Shown here in pieces: positions 1 through 12,201 of a DNA stretch of 64,000 nt. The stretch spans positions 36,334,001-36,398,000 of the forward strand of contig OZ076409.1 of assembly GCA_964187785.1 (NCBI GenBank), given 5' to 3'. Below the pieces are notes generated by a model. It saw only the letters and a list, made by a program, of their open reading frames with translations. It had not been told where the DNA came from and made no database searches. Origin of the DNA: Amphiscolops sp. MND2022. Taxonomy: Eukaryota. How positions within the stretch are numbered: the stretch's first letter is position 1; every line of letters starts with the position of its first letter. The translations under genes were made by a program, and so were the position numbers.

Positions 1-2687
1 TGGTCCTGAAATTGTTGGTATAATCAAAACGTTTGATTGACTTTCCTGAAACGTGACATATGAGCCACCCCGGAACGTCAGACATCTCCATTTATTAAAT
101 GTTATTTGGCACAGCGCTCGAAATATGAGGCATGCATTATAATAGCAGACACGTTAGCACAACTTTTGTGCTTTCTTGTGACATATCTCTCCGATTCAAA
201 GCACAGTCCAATTAGATGTCCTATCTGAGAACAAATGAGACAACTTTGTTTTTTGGTCGGCGCCCCTGAACAAGATTATCACAATGACCATTTTTTAAAT
301 TTTTTTTCAGCCTCAAACTTTTTGTTCAATTTATCGTCAGCGGTTTTACAGAAGACTCTTTGGGATTTTTTTGGTACTGTGGTATTTTTTGACGGTTTTT
401 AATTTTTTTTACCCACCAAAAACTCTTTGAGTGCGCTATGCCTGTATCCGAAAATATCGAAAACAACCATAGTATCTCAGCTTATTTTCTAGTTCATTTT
501 TTTTTCAATTCTTCACAACTTTGCAGCTCCGAATTGAATGGCACCACTTTTTTTGAGATAAATTCATCTACAAAAAGGAGATTTGATTGCAAAAAGAAGA
601 TTGAATTTTCTCCAGGAGAACTGATATCACGTTTTAACGAACGAATACTTTTCACAGAGTAAGCATGTTTTGCAAAGCTATGAAAGGGTAATTTTAGCTA
701 GAATCGTTTGAGAAAAGAGGTGAACTCTTCGTTGAGATAAAATAAGATTTAATTCGATTTCATTGAGTAGCCTAAAAATGCAACAATATGTGTTTGAATG
801 CACCCAATTGGGACGTAAAAGGAGCAAAGATGCTAATCAAACCTACGCCCTTCGAAGGCAAGTTAAAAACCGAATAAACTTGAATCAATGCAGAAAAGGA
901 CGCTTTAAAAGTTCTTTTATTGATCATGTTTAAATAAGGTGTCATCTTGGATACTTGTTGCCGTAAGCGACGAGACACTTTCCAGATTGAAAAAGGAACA
1001 TGATCAGTGTTTTTAAACCAAATAAATGCTTTTCGAATTAAGCAAAAACTTTTCACTAGTAGCAGTTCAACAAAACGTTTTTCTCTGGACTTCAAGTTTT
1101 TATCAATCCGGACACCCAACTACTTATATGATTTTTTATAACCAATCAATGTGGATACCCAACTAGTTATATGATTTTATATAACCAACTTCTGTCGCCA
1201 GTGCGCACGTATCGTGCTTGTTGCAGCCTGAAAACATTGCCTAGTGGTGATACGTTTCTATAGTCAAGTTGCTTTTTCAAACCATTTGAAAGCAGCTAAA
1301 ATGTCATGTTTGGGGCATTAATGAAGGTTATCGGAAAAAATTTGATTTGAATAGATTTGCAGAGATGTGATTACCCTTAAAGGTAAAGAAGAAAGTAAAG
1401 ATTCCGATTTCGTAAGTAAAGATAACGTATCTCTCCTCTGGATCATTGCCGGTTCGATATGATCGTCCTTGTCAACAAAGATATGTTTCAGGAATTTGTT
1501 AACACCCCAATCTTTCCACACTTGACGCTTGTAATCATCATTTGGTTTTTGAATACCCATGGTTTTTGCTCAATTTAAAAGTTCTTGATTTTTAAATTAG
1601 TTTTTCCGTTGTGTTTTACAGAGAAATCAAACGAAAAACCAATCAAACGATTTTTCAAAAAGAACTGAGGAAGGACTCTGATCCATATTTCTTATGTTTT
1701 TTAAAACTAATTTAAAAGAAGGTAGCTTTTATTCCTGGTGGTTTGACTGGGTTCCAGACGGAAAACAGCTCATGACACACTGCCAGATCTAATGGTCCCA
1801 TCTGTTCGCCAAATTGCTTGTAAATTACTGTTACCACATCCTCCATTATCAATCGACCAGATAGTAGTAGTACGTTCCGGAAGCTAATGCAGTCTTCACT
1901 AGAATATTATTCAATCTCATAAATTTTTGATACAATACGTGGCCTCGTTTTTGAGTTGGATATTAGCCACATCATTAACTTTGAGGCTTTTTTTATTAGT
2001 AGTATGATAGTCCTTCAGCGGTTCATAAATATCTGAGCTTAATATCGAACGAGATGTTTCTCTTTTTTTTTCAGTTTACTGTGAAAGGGGAATACTTTCG
2101 TTTCTGCGGGGTTTTGTGTTCGTTTTTGGAAAGAATATGTTTTCCCACAGTTTCTGACAGAAACAAAATATTGGAACTGTTAGTTCATAGCCAAATTGTT
2201 GTATCCGGTTGTCTTTTTCAAATGTGAATGACTTGGAAACAGTTGTAGTGGGATCGAATCTCGCTAACGACCAAATTTTTCTTGTTCACAAACTGGACAC
2301 TTTTTTCAAATCATTTTTCGAAATGACATAAAAGCGTTACATTCGAATTATTTTAGGTCTGGTCTGGCAAAACTAGGCATCTAACCAATCATCTAACCTG
2401 TCTTTTTGTGAGATTTGAACAATTATGTTACCGTTTCCTAATTTAAAAGGCTGGAAACTCTGCTGCATCCTAACTGGGACCACAAAAATTATTTTCTCTA
2501 GACTTTTATCTGGGTGTTTCACATATGCGATCCGGAATCTGAAGGCCATAATGATATTACTCGATTTTTCCAAAAAACAAAAATATTCTGAGTTTTCCCA
2601 GAGAGCTATTTCATTATGACAATAACTATACAGTCATTCAAGTTAGCTCCTCAGAAACTTTCTAGAAATATTTTACTTCAAATTTAG

Positions 2688-2896
2688 AACAAGACTCCCG
2701 CTAAACACCGGGATACTTTCCTCCTTCTCAGAAAAGTGCCCGATAGATAGGTGTACTACCAACTGAGCCATAGTATCTAAAATGGTAACCATCTGAAATG
2801 GAAGGAGATTGTGAAGATTTGACAGAATTTGGAAACAAAACGCAACACAGGTGATAACTTTCTTCCCTTGAACAAAAAATTGTGGCGCGGAAAATA
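2688..2896 (-). mobile_element. Helentron-associated non-autonomous element (HINE/DINE-1-like), family B
   Basis: On the minus strand it starts TTTTCCGCG with a nearby partial inverted repeat and ends GGAGGAAAG-TATCCCGGTGTTTAGCGGGAGTCTTGTT (subTIR, CCCG/CGGG hairpin, CTTGTT). The same end recurs at 7600, 11422, 14714, 49841 and 56405. Confidence 0.65.
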
Positions 2897-3415
2897 TTAT
2901 TATCAGGAATTCCCAAATATGAGGACGTCTTACCATGTAAGCTTGTTTACAATTCAACGTCAAGTAATTGAAGGTTATAGGACAGCGCCGAGACAAGATC
3001 AAAGTTCAAAAATTTCGAAATAGGCGTTCGTACATTAGGCTCATTATTACTCTATCAACATACGTCCACTGGTAACCCTGGTAGAGCATGGTAGAGCATG
3101 GACATCCAAGTGAGGGAGTGAAGAGAAAAATATTTGCGGAAACGCGAAACCATATCTTTAAGCATGATGCCCCAAAAACAGACCCTTTTTCTTTTGAAAT
3201 TGTTATTCTTTGTTAGTTCTGACTGCAAGTGTAATGCTTTTTGAAGCTCTCGTGTCTCACTGTTATCCTTAATTCCTGATTCTTCAGTCGTGATTTATAC
3301 ATTTGTTGCTCAAATGTTGATAAGGTATTTGTTTCTATCGGGGGTTCTTTTTTGATTTTCAGCAAAATCCAATATACCCAGATCAAGTGGAACTTCTTTA
3401 GTACACTTTCGTGAA
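2688..3415. repeat. Copy 1 of a ~730-bp dispersed repeat (partner 11422-12180)
   Basis: Continuous alignable sequence, e.g. both copies contain GGTAACCCTGGTAGAGCATGGTAGAGCATGGACATCCAAGTGAGGGAGTGAAGAGAA. Confidence 0.9.
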
Positions 3416-3806
3416 AGTGTTTAGACGTTGGCTTCAATTATTTAGCTCATTTGATTAGCCACCATTAGAAGTTATCACAGCCTAAGGAGAATATTTAGCT
3501 TCTCGTCCTCAGAAAGTGTAGCTTTTTAGTATTTTGAAGTCCTACACCTTTTGAATCAAGCCCACTGGATTTTCCTCATGATTTTTCGTGCAGGTTTCTT
3601 CAAACCACTTACGAAGCAGCTTTTTCAATTACTACGTCAACATCCTTTTCGCTGGAGTTTCACGTCGAGGGAAATATTGATGTTGACGAAATCTTGTTTT
3701 ACATTTTTTGGCAATTGAAATTGCTTGTTTTCCATGACAAAGAAACTCTGCTTTCGACGTTGTGGCTTTTAGGAACTGGCTGTTTGGAAAATTTATTTAA
3801 CCGAGA

Positions 3807-4234
3807 TTTTTAGTCGGCGCCTTTTCCTTTAAAGGAAAAAAGCCCGACTATTGCAGTGACTAGTTTTTTTCCCCAAACAACAGAATGTTTGCGTAGTGGA
3901 CACTTTTTCTACAAAACTACTAAACTACTGTACCGGCCAAGTCGGGCCCGCGTAAACGCATCTAAGTTATTGCAAAGGGTTCCCCCTTTCGTGTACTCAA
4001 TTTTTAACGTAAGATACAAAACCGTACGGGACTATAGGGTCCCCCTTTGATTTTTTTCGGCACCGTGCGACATTTTTTCGAAATGTTTTGTCTCCAAAGG
4101 GTCCCTCTTCAATTTTTTAAATAATTTGCAGCAAACTGAAGTTTCAAAAAGCCCAAAAGCTCTTTTACAATTTTTAAAATTCGCGCTTTTTGAGCCTTAG
4201 ATATAGCGCCGACTAGAGACATTCCCGTCTTGTT
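3807..4234 (+). mobile_element. HINE/DINE-1-like element, family A (complete)
   Basis: T-run, 5' subTIR AGTCGGCGC (3812) folding back on CCGACT, 3' subTIR GCGCCGACT (4206), short hairpin remnant, then CTTGTTT. Confidence 0.75.
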
Positions 4235-5523
4235 TCAGTTTGAAGTGTCAAGGCAACTATTGAGGAACTTTTCGAAACCTTTGTAACGATATCAACTCTT
4301 TTATCTCATTCTCTTGTTGCAGGTTGAGAAATGATATATACCTTGAAGAGGACAAGATCCGTTTTTTCCTCTAGAACAATTTTTTGAAAAATTTCGAAGA
4401 CAAGCCTATTTGCCTGCATAAATGTCCGTCGCACAATCAAAGCTCCAGTCGACAAGTGGATTGAAGCCTAGAAGTATGGATGAAAGATAATGGTATCTTT
4501 TCACTCGAGTGGATTAGTCTCAATCCACCAGGTGTTTTACGAGTGTTTGGTTTGGTTGCGTAAGATGTTACGTAAGGAGTTTGGCAAGTAGTTACAGAAG
4601 ATAATGACATCATTTTAGTGAAGTGGATTAGTTTCAATTCCACCAGGTGTTTAAAAAAGAGTTCGGTGCTTTTACCGCACGACATTCAAGAGATGAAATG
4701 TCTGAAATATTCATATACCTCTAATAGCTTTGGCTGTTTGAGTAACTAATGGCTTAATTTTGACCATAATCTCTCATCTGTCGTCACTAAAACCAGATTT
4801 CGTTGATATATTTCCTTTAAAATATCGGGATATGTTGCTTTGCTCAAAAAAACCTTTGGAATAAACGTATCGGAATTACCCGAACGTTCTCTGAACTAAC
4901 TTGAAACATAGATATTATTGCTAGAATCGTCGCAGCAAACTAGACTAATTATTTCTGTCATATTCAACTAACAATGGAAATTTCTTCAAGTATGGACCAG
5001 AAAATGTGCAATTTCATCATCAATTTTTTTGGAAAAAGTATTTCCCACAAAAGTGAGCACAGTGTCTAAAGATCACAAAAAATGATCAACTCTTACTTTT
5101 TTAACGTCAAACTTAGATTTCTTTTAGATGTCTGAACGATAGTTAATCGACAAGCGCAATGATCAGCAAAAAATTGACATCAGAAATTGAATGATTTCCT
5201 CTGGTGACAGAAATGGGTGATTCGTCAAAAATGAGCTAGTGTAGTTGACAGGTGGATGCGTCGTTTTGAAGTCTTCATTCCCAACGCGATGATCATGAAA
5301 TATTTCGCTCACAATTTTTCAAATCATTACTCGTTCAATTCATTATCAATCTCACGAGAACTTGTGACAAATGATGATTGAGTTGTCCGTTCGTCAGTTA
5401 GGTCAAACTCAACTCAAAACAATTAAAGCATCAATGGATGACAAAGAATATTAGCTGCTCTTCATTTGTTCACGAAGCTCACATTCGTCTAAGTTTTGGC
5501 TTCTGAGCGAAGCTGTTCAAGTA

Positions 5524-6004
5524 TTTTTAGTCGGCGCCTTTTCCCTCAAGGAAAAAAGCCCGACTATTACAGTGAGTAGTTTTTTTTCAGTTGACAATCT
5601 CACTCTGAGTGGTCCACTTTTACAATTTGTTCATTTGTTCAACTTCGACCAATTTTCTGAACCCGGAGAGCGTGGGTTCGATTTCGCACTAAACCATATT
5701 TTTTTATGATTACAAAAGTACAAGTGAGACCAAAGGGTTCCCCTTTGGGTTTTTTCGGCACTATGCGACTTTTATCGAAATTTTCGAATTTTATCAAAGG
5801 GTACCCCTTGCATTTTTTTGAAGTTTTAGGTTTGTAAAAAACGTTTAATGAGCCTAAAAGACCTCTTTTTGGGTTTTTCAGCATTGTGCGACTTTTTTAA
5901 CCAAATACTTTTTTTTGAAAAAAATCCAAATGTTTCCAATAGTTGCTCCTTGAATATTTTTGAGCCTCAGATATGCCACCGACTTGGGACGTTCCCGTCT
6001 TGTT
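5524..6004 (+). mobile_element. HINE/DINE-1-like element, family A (complete)
   Basis: TTTTTAGTCGGCGCCTTTTCC..GGAAAAAAGCCCGACT at the start; CACCGACTTGG-GACG-TTCC-CGTC-TTGTT at the end. Confidence 0.75.
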
Positions 6005-6189
6005 GTATCTCGTCTAAGTGTGCCGAGTTGATCTTGATACAAAAATACTCATTCAGATTTCCTTAACAATCTTCAAGGCGGCCATGGCTGGTAACTGCGA
6101 TAAACTCACAAAGAATTCCATAAACATGTATCAAAGTCATAAAACTTTGGAAGAAGTGTAAGGTAGCATGAAAATCATAAAACAATCAT

Positions 6190-7215
6190 AAAAGCAAGAA
6201 GTTGAAGCAAAATTAGCATAATGTAGTCAAGTATTGCATACATAAATAGAATTATTGAGTATTTTCTGAAACTGACGACAATTTGAAGATGATGAATGCT
6301 ATCTTGCACAAGTCGTTGAATGGTATCGTGCAAAAGCCATGAACAAATGCATAACAGCAAAAATTTTTTCCGAGTGTTTGAAAGTATCAGAAGTCATTCC
6401 TCTGTACAAGAAATGTGATGAAAAATGCCGATGAAACTATAGACCTATCAGTTTATTGACCCCTTTAAGCAAAGTTTTCGAGTCTATTCTCCTTAGAAGG
6501 ATGTTAAGTTTTAGTGAAACGTGTAAAAACCTACCATTATATCAATCGGGTTCCGGATCTAAAAAAATCTTGTATCCGTGAGATCGCTAAAACTACTGAA
6601 AATATCAGAGATTGAATTGACACAATGGAAACAGGGTAGGCTTGCTTCATAAATATCAAGTTTTGTTACGCAAACTGGAAATAAATGTTTTCAGAGGAAA
6701 GATTTCAACCTAACTGAAAATATCATAACAAACAATTACAATACATTAATTCTCGCGAAGAGACATTAAAGGAAGGAATAACTTCATATGGCGTTCCATT
6801 GCTAGGCTTTTTTCTTCTTTACAATAATAACATAGAGAATGCTTACACTAAAAGTTCATTACCATTATCAGCCGATGACACTACAGTATCAAAGCCGGTC
6901 TCAGAATTGATTCTATTATCCGCGAAGATGTGAGAGTTTTATGCTAGGAGATTGTCTCTCAATGTCAATAAGTGTGAAGCTGACCATTTTGGAAGGGGCA
7001 TAGCCGATGAAGTTCAGATCAAAGACATGCTGCTACTTTACAAAACATTTTGTATATATGTTGGTGTTTACTTTGATCCACCTCTGCCACCAAGTTGAAT
7101 AAAATTTAGTGTACCACGTAAGGCATCCCGAAACTGATTGTTAATGTTTTATAACGAGTAAGCTAAATCTATTATGACATATGGCTCAATAAATTACGGA
7201 GCTGCGACCAAATTT
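6190..7215 (+). pseudogene. Decayed non-LTR retrotransposon (CR1/L2-like) reverse transcriptase fragment
   Basis: Manual translation across stops and frameshifts gives CLKVSEVIPLYKK..NYRPISLLTPLSKVFE (from ~6376), ADDT (~6870), LNVNKC, YVGVYFD and LMFYN..SIMTYG, in the usual LINE RT order. Confidence 0.8.
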
Positions 7216-8637
7216 GATCTATCCTTATCTATCACTATAGAGCGTGATCTTTACACTCAGAAAGATTGTTCGCACCAATTGTATCTCGAAGTGTAATCAA
7301 GAAAAATTGTTTTGCAATTTTCTCATTGAAAGCAATAATAAGTTGACTGAATTAACCCGCATACCACCTAACTTGTTAAATTTGAGCCAAGAGTAAATGG
7401 AAAAACATTTAAAATTTGTTAACGACGCATACATTACTGACAATAAAGTATTCTTTAGCCTACATTTTTGTGCATAAAACATATAATATAGCAAAATAGC
7501 TTGCAAGTTAATGAAAGTTGGTGCTTCAACAAACTCGAAAAAGGCACCCGAAGAGCAATTAAAGTAGACTTGTGTCCTAAATGGTTTTGATGTATTCTGA
7601 ACAAGACGCCCGCTAAACACCGGGATGTTTTCCGCCTGTCGCAGGCTGCCGTACAGCTATAACAACTACCGAAAGAGACCAGGAGATTATCCAAGGTACT
7701 TTGCCGACATTTTAAATACAAACTAGCAAACTTTTAGTAAAACTCATATGCATTTTGTTTTGTCCATCTATTCATAGTTTTGTACCTTAACGGAGTTTGT
7801 ATTAGTCTGTTAATAGTACGACTTCGGAAATTCAAATTCAATTGCTAAGTTTAATTGAAAGGCGCGGTAGAAGTGAATCAAATCAGAATGAGTTGAGTAC
7901 AACTATACGGTAGTAAAGGAAAGTGTCCAAGTGTAGCTTAGTGCTACTCCGAAAGCGTCACTTGTGCGCAGAGCATCATCCAATCAAATTGCTTCATTTA
8001 CAGTATTATTAATGATTTCAACTAGTGATTGCCGAATAAGGCCTGTTGACTTAATACGGCCGATTTAATCAGTACTCTAGTCAAACGGCCGGTTCTGGTT
8101 ATTTTGTGTAAAGTGATGCTGTGATACCAAATATGTTTATAACTAACCAGTTGTATTGTGTTTGCGCTTCTTGTACCAGATAACCTTTTTTGTGCAGTAT
8201 TATCCAATACTCTAGATTTAGAATTTTTAGACGGCTAAGGCCATTTGCCTATTTTTTACCGATATTCATTTAATATTAGGGATTTGGCCTATTCCGGTCA
8301 TATTGTGGAAAATGCTTTTGCTCTGATCTTATTATAGTAGTAAACGGATAAACTGGATTGTGCCAAAATGTTACATTAGCTTATGCATGTACTATTGTAC
8401 TTTCACTCCTTGTTAAATTCATCAGTGTTCGCGTTGATAGCTAGTGATATTTGTTGACACTCTAGTGTTAATGTTTTCATTGATAATTTGTTTGACGTTG
8501 CAGTTTAAACTAAATGCCTCATGAAATGCTGCTCGTAAACTTCCCGAAATATGTAGAATATCGTGAAATTATTTTTAGATCATGTATCATGTGATATTGT
8601 ATGGATGCGAAGAATGTGAAAGTCATGCCGTAGTGGG

Positions 8638-8645
8638 TATAAATA
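8638..8645 (+). promoter_or_regulatory. Putative TATA box of the LTR promoter
   Basis: GGGTATAAATA 129 nt upstream of the ORF ATG. The diverged copy keeps it at nearly the same spacing (63849, ATG at 63977). Confidence 0.6.
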
Positions 8646-8766
8646 CTCATCACTCACTTGGGAGACACAACATTGTAAACTCCGATTGAAAACAGATTCA
8701 TCCAAACTCACGAAATTTAGTTTTCCGATCTGAAGAAATTCAATTATTATTACTCGGACGTTCTCA

Positions 8767-9349
8767 ATGACTACTACCAGAAAGCAAAAGAAAGCTAGGA
8801 AGTCAAGAGGACTAGAGATGCTCCCTGATATTGAGAATCTAGACATAATGCTTTGTGAAAACAATTTTGATACAGTGGAAAGAAAGGAAAGTTTAAATAG
8901 CAATCTTGCTAGAAGGCCTGAAAGTGCCAATAGCAATAACTTTGAAAACGATGATGAAAATATGTATCTGATTTCAGGGGTTATCAACCCATGTATTAAC
9001 GCCGATTACGGCCGAACCTCAGCAAGTGCCAACTCTAGTGCTGAGAATAATGGATTGTGAAGTGAATTGAACTCCAGGATATCTAGTGAAATGGATGAGA
9101 TGATGAACAGTGTCAGTGTCCAAATCTAAAGGGCCGTTAACGATGCTATTAGCAATCAGGTTTTACCCCAGATTCAAAAAGTCATCTTGGCCGGTTCAGG
9201 ACATATGACCAAGAAAGGATGGATCGTTCCGTCCGAGGGACCGGAAACTAATACCGAAGTTCTGCGAAACGAAAAGGCCAAAAAAAATTCGAAAAGTGAG
9301 CTTGTCCAAAATCGTCTTAGTGACGAGACCATAGATAATGCTGATGACA
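8767..9349 (+). pseudogene. N-terminal ~194 codons of a retroelement ORF lying inside the LTR
   Basis: ORF-track entries 8767..9060 and 9187.. are in the same frame and read as one protein (MTTTRKQKKARKSR...SELNSRISSEMDEMMNSVSVQI...) across two in-frame stops. It is cut at the LTR end. The start is conserved as MPTTRKQ at 63977. Confidence 0.65.
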
Positions 9350-9611
9350 CCGCCTTATCAGAAAAATCAGGCGAAGGCGAGGTTCAAACCCAAAACCTAC
9401 TGATTGATAGTAATTGAAATAGTCGAGTAACTAAAGTAGTCAAGTAACAAAAATAGTCAAGTAGTGGATGGAGATGATGGAGAAAAGGCAAAATTTGTAA
9501 AAAAAACGCATCACAGATCATGATTTTCGTCCCCCATTATATGTGGGCGGAAAATAACAGATCATGATTTTCCTCCCCCATGATATGTGGGCGGAAAATA
9601 ATAATAGATAA

Positions 9612-10080
9612 TTTTTAGTCGGCGCCTTTTCCCTTAAGGAAAAAAGCCTGACTATTACAGTGGGTAGTTTTTTTTCAGCTGAAAATCTCACTCTGAATGG
9701 TCCACTTTTCTTACAATTCTTACAATCTGACAATTCTCCATTTCTCAATTTCTTACAATTCTTAGCTTACGAAGTAGTATTTTTATATCATCTAAGAAAC
9801 GGGGCCAAAGAGTGTTTTCGGCTCTGTGACTTTTTTTTCGAAAAATTTTTTTTCACCGAAGGGTCCCACCTTCAATTTTTTGATATTTTTGGACAGAATG
9901 GATTTTGAAAAATCCCAAATGGTCCCCCCTTTCAGTTTTGTTTCGGCATTGTGAGACTTTTTTCGAAAAAAAATTCCATAAAAGGGTTCCCAAATCACCA
10001 CTACTTTGACATTTTGAAGTCCTTTTGGTATTTTTGAGCCTTAGATATGGCGCCGACTTGGACCGATCCCGGCTTGTTTT
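9612..10080 (+). mobile_element. HINE/DINE-1-like element, family A (complete)
   Basis: AGTCGGCGC at 9617; GCGCCGACT at 10050; then CCG-ATCC-CGG and CTTGTTTT. Confidence 0.75.
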
Positions 10081-11059
10081 TGTGTTATTATTTGTCTCAT
10101 GATATTCGGTTAAATTAACTTCTTCTTTTTTGTGCTATCAAACCGGAAAATACCACTACAGCTAACAAACCTTGCCATGTTCTAAATACTATTTTAGTCA
10201 TTACTGGATTTGAAGTAAAAGTAACCTGGCTTGTTCGGCTTCTTATGGCCGAAAGAAAAAACTATTATATGTTCGCTTTTTCACTTATGCAAAGTTACTA
10301 TGGAGTGCTGATTTACTGAGAGGTGAGGGTCTTAGTAGTTTCGAGACCAAAAAAGTTTGAATCCCTCCAATGATGACTTTTTGCTTATATTGAAGAAATC
10401 AGTCCGAGCTCAGATTCGAACCAATGACCAAAACGCGGTAGCTGATGTTGTTTTTCATATTTAGACCTGTGTCCGGTTTCGTTTGATACTCGAAAAAGTA
10501 AATTACAGGTAACCTTTCGTTTTGTGCGTTTAGTATAACTGCATCGGAGGTATTTTTTGAAGTCTTCGAATTTCTTGATACAAAGTTTGATGTAACTGTC
10601 GATCAGAACTAGCAGTGGTTTTGGCGGTCCCCGATTCCTCCCGTTTCTTTGCAAAATGCAGGAGCAAACTTTCAAAAGTAAAGTGTCGACTCGTAGTGGC
10701 GCTGATGTCTACTTCTACTGGGCTCGTCTATTCTAATTCCTTCGAATTAGGCAAACCTTCGACCCCAATCTCACTTTCGACTGCTTTGACTCTTCTTTTC
10801 CGGAAATCGTACGTCCAAAACATTGATTGAATGTCTGGTGACAAATGTTTTGCTTAGTCTTGCTTTTGTCCTTAGTCTGGCTTAGACCTTAGTCTTGCTT
10901 TTGTCCAAGATCGTACAAAGAACTTCTTGCTCGAGTCTTTAATAATCGACTATACAACGTTTCTGTAGGTCTAAGGCTTACGGCAACTAATGTTTCTACA
11001 CGAATAACAACTGTTTTGTGATTGGTTTTGTCCTCTGATTGTTTCAGAATATCTGATTG

Positions 11060-11290
11060 TTTTTAGTCGTCGCTTTACCTCAGAAAAAAGCCCGACTCTT
11101 GCAGTGGGTAGTTTTTTTCAGTTCACCCTGAATGTTCCACTTTTTTGTTCATTTGTTCAAACAATTTCAAAATTCGGTTACAACGTTTCGACGTTCGCTT
11201 GTAACGGTTTCGAAGTTCGGATATACCGTTTTCAAAGTTCGGATATAACGTTTTCAATGCGAATCTTCCCAGTCACAACCGGTCTAACTT
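11060..11290 (+). mobile_element. HINE family A, 5' fragment with internal ~22-bp minisatellite
   Basis: TTTTAGTCGTCGC..AAAAAAGCCCGACT start, followed by repeats similar to TTTCAAAGTTCGGATATAACG. Confidence 0.55.
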
Positions 11291-11421
11291 CGAACCCGTT
11301 TATTTACTCTACTGCTGTTAAAGACAATTAAATTAGAAACGTTTTTATTGGTGTTCGGATTATGGTAATATATTTGATTAAATTAAAATTGAATTTAGCG
11401 GTTTTTCACGCTACAACTTTA

Positions 11422-12199
11422 AACAAGAGGCCCGCTAAGAACCAGAATATTTTCCGCCGAGTGAAAAAGCCAAGCGAAGGCGAGATTCGAACCCACTTTC
11501 TACTGCCTGATATGCGGGTGTACTACCACCTGAGGCACCGTAACTAAAACAGTAACTAACAACCGAAGTGGAGATTGAGGAGATAAGGCAGAATTTGGAA
11601 AAAAACGCACCACAGATGATCCCTTTCTTCCCCTGCAAAAAAAATTGTGGGGCAGAAAACATTATTTTCAGGGATTCCCAAAAACGATGACGTCTTACCA
11701 TGTAAGCTTGTGTACAATTGAACGACATGTAATTGGAGGTTATAGGACAGCGCTGAGACAAAATCAAAGTTCAAATTGTTTGCAATAGGCGTTCGTACAC
11801 TACGATCATTATTACTCTATCAACATACGTCCAATGGTAACCCTGGTAGAGCATGGTAGAGCATGGACATCCAAGTGAGGGAGTGAAGAGAATAATATTT
11901 GCGGAAACTCGAAATCATGTCTTTAACTATGATGCCCCATAAACAGACCCTTTTTCTTTTGAAATTATTACTGTCTGTTAGTTCTGACTGCAAGTGTACT
12001 GCTTTTTAGAGCGCCCGTGTCTCACTGTTATCCATAACTCCTGATTCTTCAATCGTGATATATACATTTGTTGCTCAAATCTTTATAAGGTATTTATTTC
12101 TATCGGCGATTCCTTTTTGATCTTCAGCAAAATCCAATATACCCAGTTCAAGTGGAACTTCTTCCTCATACTTTCGTGAATACTTTTGTGGGAGGAAAA
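11422..12199 (-). mobile_element. Composite HINE family B element (copy 2 of the ~730-bp repeat)
   Basis: Family-B 3' end at 11422, an inner 5'-type hairpin near 11620-11659, and a second outer 5'-type hairpin (TTCTTCCTCATAC..GTGGGAGGAAAA) at 12160-12199. Confidence 0.6.
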
Positions 12200-12201
12200 T
12201 G

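Larger units (their letters stand above)
7637..9349 (+). mobile_element. Solo LTR (1713 bp) of an LTR retrotransposon
   Basis: TGTC...GACA termini with a perfect 5-bp TSD CCGCC (7632-7636 and 9350-9354). Homologous to the sequence starting TGTCGCAGGCTGCCG at 62652. No PBS or internal region follows. Confidence 0.85.
7600..9598 (-). mobile_element. HINE family B copy split by a solo LTR (halves 7600-7636 and 9350-9598)
   Basis: The 3' end (AACAAGACGCCCGCTAAACACCGGGATGTTTTCCGCC) is at 7600-7636. The rest resumes at 9350 and ends in a tandemly duplicated 5' hairpin unit (TTTTCxTCCCCCA..TGTGGGCGGAAAA twice). Confidence 0.7.

Noticed and set aside
11479..11541. Functional tRNA gene
   Set aside because: No clean acceptor or anticodon stem, and it is embedded in a dispersed repeat; reported as a tRNA-like cassette instead.
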